DNA of 64,000 nt, taken from the NCBI GenBank assembly GCA_964527215.1, contig CAZGNZ010000001.1, positions 193,276 through 257,275 of the forward strand. The letters run 5' to 3'. The DNA comes from an uncultured bacterium (GTDB taxonomy: Bacteria; Fidelibacterota; Marinisomatia; SCGC-AAA003-L08; JACNLC01). The position numbers and the translations under genes are program-made. The notes beneath the pieces are model-generated. The model was not told the DNA's origin and did not search any database. It saw only the letters and a program-made list of their open reading frames with translations. Positions 8,946 through 19,318 of the stretch are shown piece after piece (the first letter of the stretch is position 1; the number at the start of each line of letters is the position of its first letter).

Positions 8946-11900
8946 TTACCGCCAGTCAAAAATAGTTTCGCTGAATTTAACATTGAAGTTGATGTAGAAG
9001 CGGGAGAGACTCTGGTCCAGCTGCGAAAAATCCGGATCGTCATAGCGATTGAATATATATCCGGCACCCAGCTGGATATTTTTATATACCAGATAATTCA
9101 CTTCCAGTGCATTGCCGAATTCCCATTCATTCGTGGCATCCATATTCAGGAGACGAAGATCCAGGGCGGTGCTCCAGCGGGTGGTCCAGTCATACTCGGT
9201 GCGCAGCCCAAAATAGTTCACGGCATTTTCATCATCAAACAGATCACCTTCTTCCTCAAGTACAAATCTTCTGGCAGCCCTGACCCCAAACTCCAGCTCC
9301 TGACGGGGCTGGTAATACCCGTGGGTACTGAATATCAGGCGGTCGCTTCGTACATCCGGGTTCACATGGGAATTGCGCTCAGTTGCATATTCCAGTTTGG
9401 CCAGAACCGTGAACAGGTCGTGTTGGTCCGGCCGGTAGGCAATTCCGAACTGATACCGGCCTTTTACCACTTCCTCGGAAACTTCCTTTCGGTAATCGGT
9501 ATGCGAATGTTCGAGACGCGTGATACCGCTGAATCCCTGGAACAGACGCATCGACCCGCCAAAGGTAAACACCTTCTTCACCGTTGTGTCATCCTGGCGA
9601 TGCTCAAACTTGCCTGAGCTCTTGTACGGTGCCTCCGGAAGGTACTCATAAGCCATAGACACAGCATTGTGATCCTGTGTCGCCGTCTGGAATGAATCGA
9701 TTGTCGCGGTATTTTCAAAGGCCAGGTTAAACGTCAGATCGGGACGGACAGTCCATTTATTGCGCAATCCGATTGTGGCTTTGGCCCGGTCTTCACCCAG
9801 TGCACCGCCCATTTCATACTTACCTGTGAAATCCGTATTTTCCCTGACTTTGGATTCAAACCCAAATACAGTTTCATTTGGTTTTGAACGGCTGTCGATG
9901 ATGCGGTGCTTAAAGAACAACCGAATCTTCTCCGTCATTTCCCAACCCATTCCCAGCAGAAGGCTGGTGGGCTTGGACTGATCTTCTGATTTCAGGTTCT
10001 GGTAATATTCCAATGATCCGGTGAGTTTATCGTTCAGTTTGTGGGAATATTTCCCGGTCAGCAGGGATGATTCACTGGATTCATCTCCGCTGGTGCGGTA
10101 TGCATTTTCAAAGCCCACCGCGAAGCTGCCGCGGCTGTTCAATACTTTTTCATAATCAAGTGTGAAAACACGTTTGGTGGTTTCAGCTGACAGACCGGGA
10201 TTCTTTTCCTCCTGCCAGAACTCCGAGTTCAGGGTTCCCTTTTTCATGTTCTTATAGGATGCGGACACACCGTATTTCCGGGTGTCTCTTTCACTCTTAC
10301 CGCTGTTCTGGGACATGTTGACAAAACTGCTGTCCACTTCCCGGTAGTATCCTTCCAGTGTCAGGTCATCCTGAGGGCGGGCGATAAACTCTGTCTTGTA
10401 TGCCAGGCCGTTGATGTTGTCATCGGTTTCATCACTGTGCTTTGATGCGGCCAGCTCGGCACGAACGGTCAGCCAGTCATTCACGGGAGCCCTGACATCC
10501 AGTCCCAACAGAGAATAATTGCCCGGTTCCTGTTCCTCGGCCACCAGGGTGGTTCCCAGATCGATTCCGCTGATGCGGCCCTTGATCCGCATGCCCCCGA
10601 TCAGATTTTGGGGACCGTCATGGGCCATTTCATAGGAAACAACAATGGTCACAGGATTCCCGTTTTCATCAATGCTTGGAACCGGCTGCTTAAAGAAAAG
10701 CGTGCCGTCCTCGTAGTCAATATCGTAATCATGATACCGAATCATAGGCTGCAGGTCCAGCACTTTTTCGGAATGATATTTATCTCTCGTTTCCAGCACC
10801 ACTTTGTCAGAGAAGCGTGTGATGTCGGTATCACCCAGATAATAAAACCCGGAAATGCCTTCTCCGCGGATACGCTTCAGCGACATTCCCCGGTCGGTTT
10901 CCGCACCAAAGCCGGTCACCTGGAATGCTCCGGATTTATATTGGGTGTACAAGCCGTTCAGGGTGCGGTTGTAGGATGCAAATTCGGTATCCTGAAGATC
11001 GGTTCGATAATCGCCCAGCACCGCATATGCCTTGTCATTTTCCACCCTCACGAAAAGCTTGGAATTGGTTTGAACATCATACATGATCTGTCCGGCATCG
11101 CCGTACAGTGAATACTGACTGGCCGGATCATCATCATCCTCAAGCTGGTTTTGCTTTTTCCGGTCGGAATCAAAGGAGGCCGTCACGCGGTATTCTTCCA
11201 GGAACGTTCCCCTGGCATAAAATGCAGTCCGTCCGCGGAGGGATGCATGATCCCCGTCAAGGATGGTCCCCTTGCGGCTGACAATATCCTGGCCGGCCAG
11301 CTCGTAGTCCTCAAAACCGTCATCATTGCTCATCAGTGCGCCATTGGCAAATCCAGTGAGAATCAGAGGTTCGATCGGACGGGCAAACCGAATGGGAAAC
11401 TGCTGGATGAGACCGTCAATATTGACCTCTATCACCGCGGTCCCCGGTTTTACGGGGGCTTTGATGGGAACGCGCAGGATTCCGCTGTCAATGGCCAGCT
11501 GATGGCCGGCAGACATGTCATCAAAATCAGGTTCCGCGATAGAACCGGACGTGATACTGACAGATGCGATTTTCAGATGATCCAGACGGAATCCCCAGGC
11601 GTCCCGGATTTCCAATTCCACATGTTTCAGGGAACTGCCGTCGGCCACACATTCCAGGTTCTCCTCCAGCGAAACAACCTCGTGGGCCGGCCCCAGAATG
11701 TGCATATTGCGGTTTACGGAGAATATGCGGCCTCTGGAACCCACCGCGTCCACACGGACGTTCACGGGTCCGTCCGGAACAGGTATATTCAGGAAATCCA
11801 ATTTACCGTCAATTCGAAATTCACCGGTAGCAGCGTGCTCATCATTAATAAACAGATCCGCTGCGGCTCCGGCTTTCCCGGCCACAGTCACGGCGATGCG

Positions 11901-12020
11901 ATGCAGTTTGGTTACATCACCCTCACGGGGCGACAGCATAATCACCTGACCGAACGTCATCCCAAGCAGCAGGAATGCTGCTGCAAATGAACGGATAATA
12001 TGGCCGGATCTGAACTGCAC
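8946..12020 (-). CDS. Predicted large outer-membrane beta-barrel protein with N-terminal soluble Ig-like region (usher/translocon-like; function unknown)
   Basis: 1024-aa ORF with signal peptide MQFRSGHIIRSFAAAFLLLGMTFGQ. The C-terminal ~650 aa is a continuous series of alternating-hydrophobicity strands separated by polar/G/D/N turns (e.g. LTFNLAFENTA, YQFGIAYRPD, LEFGVRAARRF, LGAGYIFNRYDD, RFYINFNVKF). It ends in an aromatic-rich tail (..FSETIFDWR). The GTG start overlaps the stop of the upstream giant gene (TAGTG at 12022..12018). Confidence 0.8.
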   Translation of the reverse strand: MQFRSGHIIRSFAAAFLLLGMTFGQVIMLSPREGDVTKLHRIAVTVAGKAGAAADLFINDEHAATGEFRIDGKLDFLNIPVPDGPVNVRVDAVGSRGRIFSVNRNMHILGPAHEVVSLEENLECVADGSSLKHVELEIRDAWGFRLDHLKIASVSITSGSIAEPDFDDMSAGHQLAIDSGILRVPIKAPVKPGTAVIEVNIDGLIQQFPIRFARPIEPLILTGFANGALMSNDDGFEDYELAGQDIVSRKGTILDGDHASLRGRTAFYARGTFLEEYRVTASFDSDRKKQNQLEDDDDPASQYSLYGDAGQIMYDVQTNSKLFVRVENDKAYAVLGDYRTDLQDTEFASYNRTLNGLYTQYKSGAFQVTGFGAETDRGMSLKRIRGEGISGFYYLGDTDITRFSDKVVLETRDKYHSEKVLDLQPMIRYHDYDIDYEDGTLFFKQPVPSIDENGNPVTIVVSYEMAHDGPQNLIGGMRIKGRISGIDLGTTLVAEEQEPGNYSLLGLDVRAPVNDWLTVRAELAASKHSDETDDNINGLAYKTEFIARPQDDLTLEGYYREVDSSFVNMSQNSGKSERDTRKYGVSASYKNMKKGTLNSEFWQEEKNPGLSAETTKRVFTLDYEKVLNSRGSFAVGFENAYRTSGDESSESSLLTGKYSHKLNDKLTGSLEYYQNLKSEDQSKPTSLLLGMGWEMTEKIRLFFKHRIIDSRSKPNETVFGFESKVRENTDFTGKYEMGGALGEDRAKATIGLRNKWTVRPDLTFNLAFENTATIDSFQTATQDHNAVSMAYEYLPEAPYKSSGKFEHRQDDTTVKKVFTFGGSMRLFQGFSGITRLEHSHTDYRKEVSEEVVKGRYQFGIAYRPDQHDLFTVLAKLEYATERNSHVNPDVRSDRLIFSTHGYYQPRQELEFGVRAARRFVLEEEGDLFDDENAVNYFGLRTEYDWTTRWSTALDLRLLNMDATNEWEFGNALEVNYLVYKNIQLGAGYIFNRYDDPDFSQLDQSLSRFYINFNVKFSETIFDWR

Positions 12021-15000
12021 TATTTCACTCGAATCTCGATTTCTGTCTGGTAATTCACTCTGAGTGCTCTGGTCCCTATCAGCGCCTGTATTTCCACAGG
12101 CAGAATAACAGTCCCGGGGACGCTTTTGCTTTGTCCTTTGAAACGGAACGTCCGTATTGGGTCAGTTCCGTCGATTAAAATTTCAGCCTGCATTTCCGAA
12201 AGCGGTTTTCCGCTCTCTGCAGTGAACAGGAACGTTTCATTCCCTGTCAGTTTCAGCAGTACCCGATCCGCTTTTTCAATCCGAGAGATATCTGCATTCA
12301 GGCGCAGCTCCATTTCCCCCCCGGAGTTGGCGTACATGGTCGGGACCGCTGCCGATTCCCGAAGAGAGCCGTCATGGAAGGTAATGACGGAATTTTCAGA
12401 TCTGCCGGGCATATGTTCTGCAGAATCTGAATTGTCCGGGACCGGAATCTGAAATTCAATAACGGCTTCTCCATTTGCTGACTGCGAGCTGAGGAACGTT
12501 ACCTGGATCCGACTTTCTGCCAGGTCCCGATCACGGGTAAGATAATGTGTGACCGCCTGGATTTTATCCCCCATTGAATCGGCTTCTTCATTATTTGCCG
12601 GTTGAATTCCCACAATTTTCAGATTCAGATGCTCCTGCCAATGGAGAAAATCAGCAATCCCATTCAAGACCTGCTTCGTTTCAGGATGCAAACTGGCGCC
12701 GGAAGAAAGGATGGATTCCGCGGAAAGGGCGGAAGTGAGGTAAATGTTTTCGATATATGCATGTGCAGCAGTGGACAGTTGACCGGATTCAAGATGTTCT
12801 GCATTCCGTACAAAAGCGGCAACGCTGTCCTCAGCTGATATTTTGTCCGGATCATTGATTTGAATGCTGTAGGAGAGGATCAGATCTGAATGTGATGAAA
12901 TAGCCGGAAGATTCCAGGATAGGGCGGCTGAACTGCCGGACGGCTCCGTGTTTTGACCGGCAATCCGTCCGGAACCGGCTGTGTATGCCCATCCTGAAGG
13001 CAGGTTTGCCGTGAACCGGTATCCTTCAAGTGAATCCCGTGCAGTGGTTTTGAAGACGGTTTCCAACTCAAGCACTGCTCTGGACAGATCGGTGCGCTGC
13101 GGTGAAGTGAACTTCAGTTCAATTCGCCGGTTTTGACGCCGGCCTTTACGGGTGCTGTTGTCCGCCACCGGTTCATCAGGCCCTTTGCCGTTGGTGCGGA
13201 TACGGCTTTCCGATATGCCCAAATCGCCGACCAGGAAACTCCGGATGTTTTCTGCTCTCGCCCGGGACAGTTCGTAGTTATCTGCAAATTCCAGCCGGCC
13301 GGATACGGGAACGCTGTCGGTGTGGCCGATAATTTCAAGTTTGACCCCCGGCTGCCAGTTCAAATACTGACCGATCCTGCGGACTTGATTTTGATCGGCT
13401 GCACTCAGACGGGCGCTGCCGGATTCGAAGTTGAAAAATGCAAAAATCTCAAGTGGATGGAACTGAACCGCCCGTACACCCGATGTCAGTGATTTCTGAC
13501 TTACTGTGAGGGGATCCGGCCGAATATCGGGACATGATCCGTCGGATGTGATCCCCTGAACCGGTACTTCCAGGAATCGGTGCATGACCGGATTCGTTTC
13601 CGGGAGACTGCTGCCGACACGGTTCAGGCGCAGTTTCAATCCGGCAATGATATCGTGCGCCTGCGGCTGCATTCGGCTGTCGCTGAAATACGGACCGTAC
13701 ATATGCAGAATCAGCCGGTTCCGTGCAATCCCGGCATCGGTCAGATACTCCTGAATCTGCATTCCGGCTGCCTGAGCAGCATCAGGGGATTCAGACAGAC
13801 TGCTGTCAGCAGGACAATGGATTTCGATGTCAATATCCAGTCCGGGTTCCCACTGCAGCAGCTCCGCAACCTGATTCAGCTGATCAACGGCTTCCTTCGA
13901 AAGCGTGCCAGTTCGGGAGTTCAAGGTGACGGTTTTCAGATACAGACCGTCTGCCCGAACGGCAAAGGGAGCTGTCAGTTCACCGGCTGCCAGACGGTAC
14001 CCAACGGTATTGGTGTATTCGAACCGGCCCGTGACGCTGCCATTGTCCGGAATGGGACCGATATCTGCCGGAACCAATTCACAGTTATAGGTCTGGTCAA
14101 CGGAATACTGCCACCCGCCAAGATTCCAGATCAGGCTGCGGTCATCGACTGCAATGTTCTCGAACGGTGCATCATTCAGTCGGGCGGAACCCTGCACGTA
14201 CCGGAAACCATTCGGAATGCTCATGATGAACCGCACATCTGCCAGCGGGTATTCGCTTGTGTATTCCGCCCGGGCTTGGATTCCCAGACTTTCAGGATTC
14301 TGCGGCCGGTGTTCCGGAGAACTGAATCTGAGTTCAATTCTACGGTTTGCGGCTCGTCCGGCAGATGCGGAATTGGCTGCCACCGGTTCATCAGGTCCCA
14401 TTCCCGCCGTATGCACGCGCTGCGGAGAAATCTGCCATCTGGAATCCAGATATCGCACAACAGCATTGGCCCGGGCGCGGGAAAGCTCATAATTGTCTTT
14501 AAACAACATCCCGAAGGACACCGGGACATTGTCCGTATGCCCGATCACATCAAGAACAACGAATTCCTGCATCCGCATGAAACTGCCGATCAGATCCACG
14601 GTCTCAAGATCGGTACTGTCCAGTACCGCGCTGCCGCTGTCAAAATTAAAATGGGTATCCATTTCAAACGGCTCAAACTCCTGCAGACGATAGCTGGGAT
14701 TGAGCACTTCCAGACTGATTTCAAGGGTGGGTATCTGACACAGCTCAAGTGATATGTCACCTGCAGCGGGTTCTTCAATGGGGAAATTGGCTTTTGCAAT
14801 GCCGCCGGGAGTTACTTTTGTCAACCGAGACCAGGGGTCGTTCATGAAATCCGTGGAATTGATGCGCACCACCGACCCTTCCGGGATGGTGTAACGGTTC
14901 AGGCGAATGACATGTTCACCCGGCTGCACATTTGGCACGGAGTATTTGCCGAATTCATCCGTAATGACCCTGATCCCGTTTTCCAGAATCAGCTCGACAT

Positions 15001-18000
15001 AGGGAAGAACTGCCTCACCGCTGTCATGGAGTCCGTTTTCATTTTCATCATAGAATACCTTGCCGAATATGAGTCCGTCCGTGAGCAGACCGTCGGGTTT
15101 TACCAAAACGGTTGCGGTTGCTACCGGGGAGGTTACCGGTGCGGATCCTCCCGGTGTTCCGCTGGCCCAGGCCTGGTTCTCGCAGTCTCCCGGACTTGAA
15201 TTCAATCCAATCACGGTGCGGAATTTCAGAACGGCCATCGAACCGGCAGTCAGGGATTCATTCAGTTCCCAAACCAGCTGCTGCTGCCGGCTGTTCAGTG
15301 CAGTAATCACCGGGTCAGCAATCCGGCTGCCGTCCAGGTAGGAACTTCCTTTTTTATATTTGAATCCGTTCGGGAGATGATCGGTGAGAGTCAGCTGGTG
15401 CAGGACGGTGCCAAAACTTTCATTTTGGGCTTCAAGGGTATAGGTAACGTAATCCCCATGGATTGCGGTTTGTCTGTTGGCGGTTTTTTCCAGCATCAGC
15501 ACCGGCGCGGAAACCTGGGTATCCGCATCGCTGCGCCCGTCCGCGGTGGTGCGAACGGTATCCAATCCGGAATACAGATAAGCGGTATTGACGATATATC
15601 CGCCGGTACTGAGTACATCCGAAGTGACCACGGCACTGAACCGTACGGAATCCATCTCTGCTTCCGAGAATTCCAGTGCATAAAATGTCAGGTCGTTCCG
15701 GACGGGATCGTATGAGTGATAGGTGATATCCTGAGGGTGCTCGATCGTATTCAGCAGCACTTCCAGACCGGTTGGCAATTCATCAACCAGCCAGGTGGTG
15801 TCTGCCACAGGGAATGATTCGGTGCCGAAGTGTATGGTATAGGTCAGCGTATCGCCCACAGCGGCATTTTCAATATCCACTTCCTTGTAGGTGGCCAGGG
15901 TGAGACGGTCCAGCCCGATATTGGCATTGATGACATAATAACCTTCGGTAAGGTCTTCCAGAACGATATTGCCCATACTGGCGTATTCTTCTTCACCATC
16001 ATACTGCACTTCCACTTCATAGGTGCCTTCATACAGCTGGGTAAATGCATAAAAGCCGGTTTCATCGGTGTACGTGGTATCTGTGAAACCCTCCTCAACA
16101 AATGACCGGTCCAGGCTGCGGCCGAGTGAGTCCGGCGGCGAACCGTTCAGGATAATGGGGATGCCGCCTTCCGCAATAATTTCGCCGGTTACCATATCAA
16201 TGATCCATCCGGAGATGGAAATCCAGTTGGTGATGATGATGTTTTCATTGAGGTCATCGTCGGATATGTCAATATCCTGGCCGACAGGGATGGGATCACC
16301 GTTGGGAGCCAAAATGGTGATGACGATGTAATATTCATCGGGATCTGTAATGGGTATCAGGTAATAGCCTTCGGTATCTGTCGTGTCTGCACCGACAAAA
16401 TCATCTCCGGAGTTATACACATCGACAATGGCACCCTGTATTGACACATCGCTGTAGTCAATCACCCATCCGGCTACGGCGCTGGGGTAGAAAGTTACAT
16501 CGGTTTCGGCGGTGTCATAGGTGGAGCTGCCGTAACGAACGGTCGCGGTGACATGCGAAATGACAGTCTCGTTGAGAACAATGCTGGATACAAGCTGCGA
16601 TGGGGCAATGCCATTATCCGTCTGCGTGGTAAGCAATGCCTCAGGAATGGTCCCTTCCGTCGCGGTGAAATCAACATCCACCGGTTTGTCCACGGGATTG
16701 CCAAGGAATGTATACACGGGAGCATACAGCAGCGCGCTGTTCAAGCCGTTACCCAGAATCCAGGGCGGTACGGCATAAAGCTCGATGGAAAGCGGCAGGA
16801 CATTTGTCGTTAGAGCGCTGGATTGGTCCGAACTGCCTTCAATGCAGGTGACAGAGGCGGTATTTTCAAATGTGGCTCCTTCGGGCAGCAGAACATCCAC
16901 CACGGTTTGGATGGTAAGTGTATGGGATGTCAGAGCGGGCATGTCGTCAAAGACCCAGGTCAAAACCTTGCTGAAATCGTCATATGCATAATCGCCGTCT
17001 GCGTCGTAAAGGGTCAGTTCCGGCGGCAGTGTGTCGTTCAGTGTTACCTGGGTAGCGGTATCCGAGCCGATATTATCCAGAATGAGCGTATAGATCAGTG
17101 TATCTCCGGGGAAGATTTCGATATCAGCTATTTTGGTCAGTTCCAGCTGCGGCGCGGAAACGACCAGAATTTCGGTTTCGTCAGACTGGTTTTCCAGTCC
17201 CGGGGCTGAACAGACGGCTCTGTTGGGAATCGCCGTTTCATTGGGGATTGGATTGGCGGTTTGGGCAGTAAGAAATAAGGTATCCGATGCTCCTGCGTAA
17301 AGCTGCGGAATATTCCAGGAAACCACATTGTCCTGCAGAGATGCTTCAGGGGTGGAATCCAGGAGTGTCAGCCAGTCTGAAAGGGTATCTGTCACCGTAA
17401 GGTTGTGGATGGTCAGGAATTCAGGATTGGCGATGATAATCTCGTAGGTCACCGAATCACCTGCATCAAAAATATCTCCGTCTGCCTGTTTCCGGATGTC
17501 CAGAACGGGCAGATGCATGGGGATATCCGCATTGATCAGCCAGACGGCTTCGGGCAGATCAGCAGCAGGCATTTCGCCAATCTGAATGAACTCCAGTTCA
17601 TTCTGGGGATCCATGACGGCCTGAAGCCGATAAGTACCGGCAGACAGCCCGTTGAAGGCGTATTTTCCGTTTTCATCCGTGTAAGTGGAATCAGTCCGTA
17701 TATCGTCAGACATGAGATAAATACGGATGTCGCCTACCGTGATTGGCACACCGGTGGCCAGGTTTGTCACAGAACCGGAAATGGTGCTGTGATTCAGAAT
17801 CTGTGACTGTCCTATTCCAGACATCATATCAACTGCAACCGTATTCACAGAACCGGTGCTGCGGCCGAAATGGTCTTCTGCAGTGCCGATTACGGTATAT
17901 TCTCCGGATTCCGTTACCGGCAGCAGGTACATCCCGTCAGCATCCGTCTGATCAGACCAGCGCAGCAGAGAGTCCCAGTCACGCAGTTCAGTTTGCGCGG

Positions 18001-19282
18001 CTACCACGGGCACATTGGTACTGTGGTCCATGATCCGCCCGGCGACGGCCAGGGGGTAAAAATGAACCAGAGTCTGATCCGAGATATTGTCAGGCGGTTC
18101 AGTGCCGGTTTGTACGGTGGCCGTTATTTCTGCAGTTATGATTTCATCCGTACTGACTGCAGATGTCAGAATTTCTGACACAATCCCGTCTTCCGTCGAT
18201 AAGGTTACCACAGTGGCTTCATTGGACCAGATTCCGGCAGTTGTCTCGAGTTCCACCTGAGTACCGTCCGGTACCGGCAGTCCCCAGAAACTGGTCACAC
18301 TGGCCGTAATCAGAGAAGCGGATTGTCCGTCTGCCGGGATCATATCCGGATTCGGAGTCACCGCAATGTGATACGGAGAATCTGCAGGGTTGAGAATCGT
18401 TTCAGCAGCGGCATGGAGTTCAGTACCGGTGTCATCGGTCAGCACTGCCTGGTTTTCAATCAGAGCATCTATTGGATATGAACCGGCTGCTTCAGCCGTT
18501 AGCACAAGTTCAATATCCGAACCAGGCAGAAGTGAACCCAATTCCCAGGTAATGAATTGGCCGTTTTGAAATCCGTTTGGAATAGAAGACAAATAGGTGA
18601 GTTCATCCGGCAGGATATCCGTTATCACTGTTCCGGATGTTGGATATGGACTGTTGTTTTCTATATAAATAGTATAGGTGAGGACATCCGAGTCGTAGGC
18701 AAAATCAGTATTGACAGTTTTGGAAAATTCGTAATTCACATCAGGATACTGGTCTATAACAACAATTGTGGTATCAGAAACAAAGGGTATGGTTCCGGCA
18801 GCAGAAACTGCCAGGTTGGAGATCTGAGTTCCAACAGGTGTCTCGGGATGTATGACAACGCGCAGGGTGAATTGGAGGATTTCTCCGGATTGAAAATTCG
18901 AGAAATTCCATATAACAACATTGTTTTGCATTGATGCAGGGGGACTTGAATCCAGAAAACCGACTGCGGCATTGAGGGTATCTGTAATGACCCCTTCCGG
19001 TATCGGAAAAATGCCGTTGTTTTCAGCTGTTATGGTATAGACAATCGTATCACCGGGAGCTGCTGACTGCTCGTCAGCGCTTTTTTGCAGCAGGATGTCA
19101 GGGACTGCAACATCAGTGATGACCGTATTGGTACTGTCACTGAACAGCGCACCGCCGGCATCCAGGAATTCTGCAAATGCCCGATTGGATATTTCCTGTC
19201 CGGATACGGATGTAATCAGGCTGAGCAAACCAGCCAGAACCGCACCAAAGCAATGGATCATGCTGCGAATGGATATTCTCAT
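12020..19282 (-). CDS. Giant (2420 aa) multi-domain envelope protein: DUF11 repeats, Big-like, CarboxypepD_reg-like and SdrD-B-like units plus four internal OmpA-like domains
   Basis: Single uninterrupted ORF with signal peptide MRISIRSMIHCFGAVLAGLLSLITSVSGQ. It has many PGDT(I/L).Y.I...N.G DUF11 units. Two canonical OmpA/MotB peptidoglycan-binding domains are present: FNFDSGSAVL...GHTDNVP...NYELSRARANAV...NRRIELRF at ~14320..14655, and FNFESGSARL...GHTDSVP...NYELSRARAENI...NRRIELKF at ~13105..13440. Each is followed by a DUF11-like unit and a degenerate OmpA-like unit lacking those motifs (~13640..13930 and ~12485..12712). Confidence 0.92.
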   Translation of the reverse strand: MRISIRSMIHCFGAVLAGLLSLITSVSGQEISNRAFAEFLDAGGALFSDSTNTVITDVAVPDILLQKSADEQSAAPGDTIVYTITAENNGIFPIPEGVITDTLNAAVGFLDSSPPASMQNNVVIWNFSNFQSGEILQFTLRVVIHPETPVGTQISNLAVSAAGTIPFVSDTTIVVIDQYPDVNYEFSKTVNTDFAYDSDVLTYTIYIENNSPYPTSGTVITDILPDELTYLSSIPNGFQNGQFITWELGSLLPGSDIELVLTAEAAGSYPIDALIENQAVLTDDTGTELHAAAETILNPADSPYHIAVTPNPDMIPADGQSASLITASVTSFWGLPVPDGTQVELETTAGIWSNEATVVTLSTEDGIVSEILTSAVSTDEIITAEITATVQTGTEPPDNISDQTLVHFYPLAVAGRIMDHSTNVPVVAAQTELRDWDSLLRWSDQTDADGMYLLPVTESGEYTVIGTAEDHFGRSTGSVNTVAVDMMSGIGQSQILNHSTISGSVTNLATGVPITVGDIRIYLMSDDIRTDSTYTDENGKYAFNGLSAGTYRLQAVMDPQNELEFIQIGEMPAADLPEAVWLINADIPMHLPVLDIRKQADGDIFDAGDSVTYEIIIANPEFLTIHNLTVTDTLSDWLTLLDSTPEASLQDNVVSWNIPQLYAGASDTLFLTAQTANPIPNETAIPNRAVCSAPGLENQSDETEILVVSAPQLELTKIADIEIFPGDTLIYTLILDNIGSDTATQVTLNDTLPPELTLYDADGDYAYDDFSKVLTWVFDDMPALTSHTLTIQTVVDVLLPEGATFENTASVTCIEGSSDQSSALTTNVLPLSIELYAVPPWILGNGLNSALLYAPVYTFLGNPVDKPVDVDFTATEGTIPEALLTTQTDNGIAPSQLVSSIVLNETVISHVTATVRYGSSTYDTAETDVTFYPSAVAGWVIDYSDVSIQGAIVDVYNSGDDFVGADTTDTEGYYLIPITDPDEYYIVITILAPNGDPIPVGQDIDISDDDLNENIIITNWISISGWIIDMVTGEIIAEGGIPIILNGSPPDSLGRSLDRSFVEEGFTDTTYTDETGFYAFTQLYEGTYEVEVQYDGEEEYASMGNIVLEDLTEGYYVINANIGLDRLTLATYKEVDIENAAVGDTLTYTIHFGTESFPVADTTWLVDELPTGLEVLLNTIEHPQDITYHSYDPVRNDLTFYALEFSEAEMDSVRFSAVVTSDVLSTGGYIVNTAYLYSGLDTVRTTADGRSDADTQVSAPVLMLEKTANRQTAIHGDYVTYTLEAQNESFGTVLHQLTLTDHLPNGFKYKKGSSYLDGSRIADPVITALNSRQQQLVWELNESLTAGSMAVLKFRTVIGLNSSPGDCENQAWASGTPGGSAPVTSPVATATVLVKPDGLLTDGLIFGKVFYDENENGLHDSGEAVLPYVELILENGIRVITDEFGKYSVPNVQPGEHVIRLNRYTIPEGSVVRINSTDFMNDPWSRLTKVTPGGIAKANFPIEEPAAGDISLELCQIPTLEISLEVLNPSYRLQEFEPFEMDTHFNFDSGSAVLDSTDLETVDLIGSFMRMQEFVVLDVIGHTDNVPVSFGMLFKDNYELSRARANAVVRYLDSRWQISPQRVHTAGMGPDEPVAANSASAGRAANRRIELRFSSPEHRPQNPESLGIQARAEYTSEYPLADVRFIMSIPNGFRYVQGSARLNDAPFENIAVDDRSLIWNLGGWQYSVDQTYNCELVPADIGPIPDNGSVTGRFEYTNTVGYRLAAGELTAPFAVRADGLYLKTVTLNSRTGTLSKEAVDQLNQVAELLQWEPGLDIDIEIHCPADSSLSESPDAAQAAGMQIQEYLTDAGIARNRLILHMYGPYFSDSRMQPQAHDIIAGLKLRLNRVGSSLPETNPVMHRFLEVPVQGITSDGSCPDIRPDPLTVSQKSLTSGVRAVQFHPLEIFAFFNFESGSARLSAADQNQVRRIGQYLNWQPGVKLEIIGHTDSVPVSGRLEFADNYELSRARAENIRSFLVGDLGISESRIRTNGKGPDEPVADNSTRKGRRQNRRIELKFTSPQRTDLSRAVLELETVFKTTARDSLEGYRFTANLPSGWAYTAGSGRIAGQNTEPSGSSAALSWNLPAISSHSDLILSYSIQINDPDKISAEDSVAAFVRNAEHLESGQLSTAAHAYIENIYLTSALSAESILSSGASLHPETKQVLNGIADFLHWQEHLNLKIVGIQPANNEEADSMGDKIQAVTHYLTRDRDLAESRIQVTFLSSQSANGEAVIEFQIPVPDNSDSAEHMPGRSENSVITFHDGSLRESAAVPTMYANSGGEMELRLNADISRIEKADRVLLKLTGNETFLFTAESGKPLSEMQAEILIDGTDPIRTFRFKGQSKSVPGTVILPVEIQALIGTRALRVNYQTEIEIRVK

Positions 19283-19318
19283 ATATGCCGGAGATTCATC
19301 AAAACTGAATTCTTGAAT

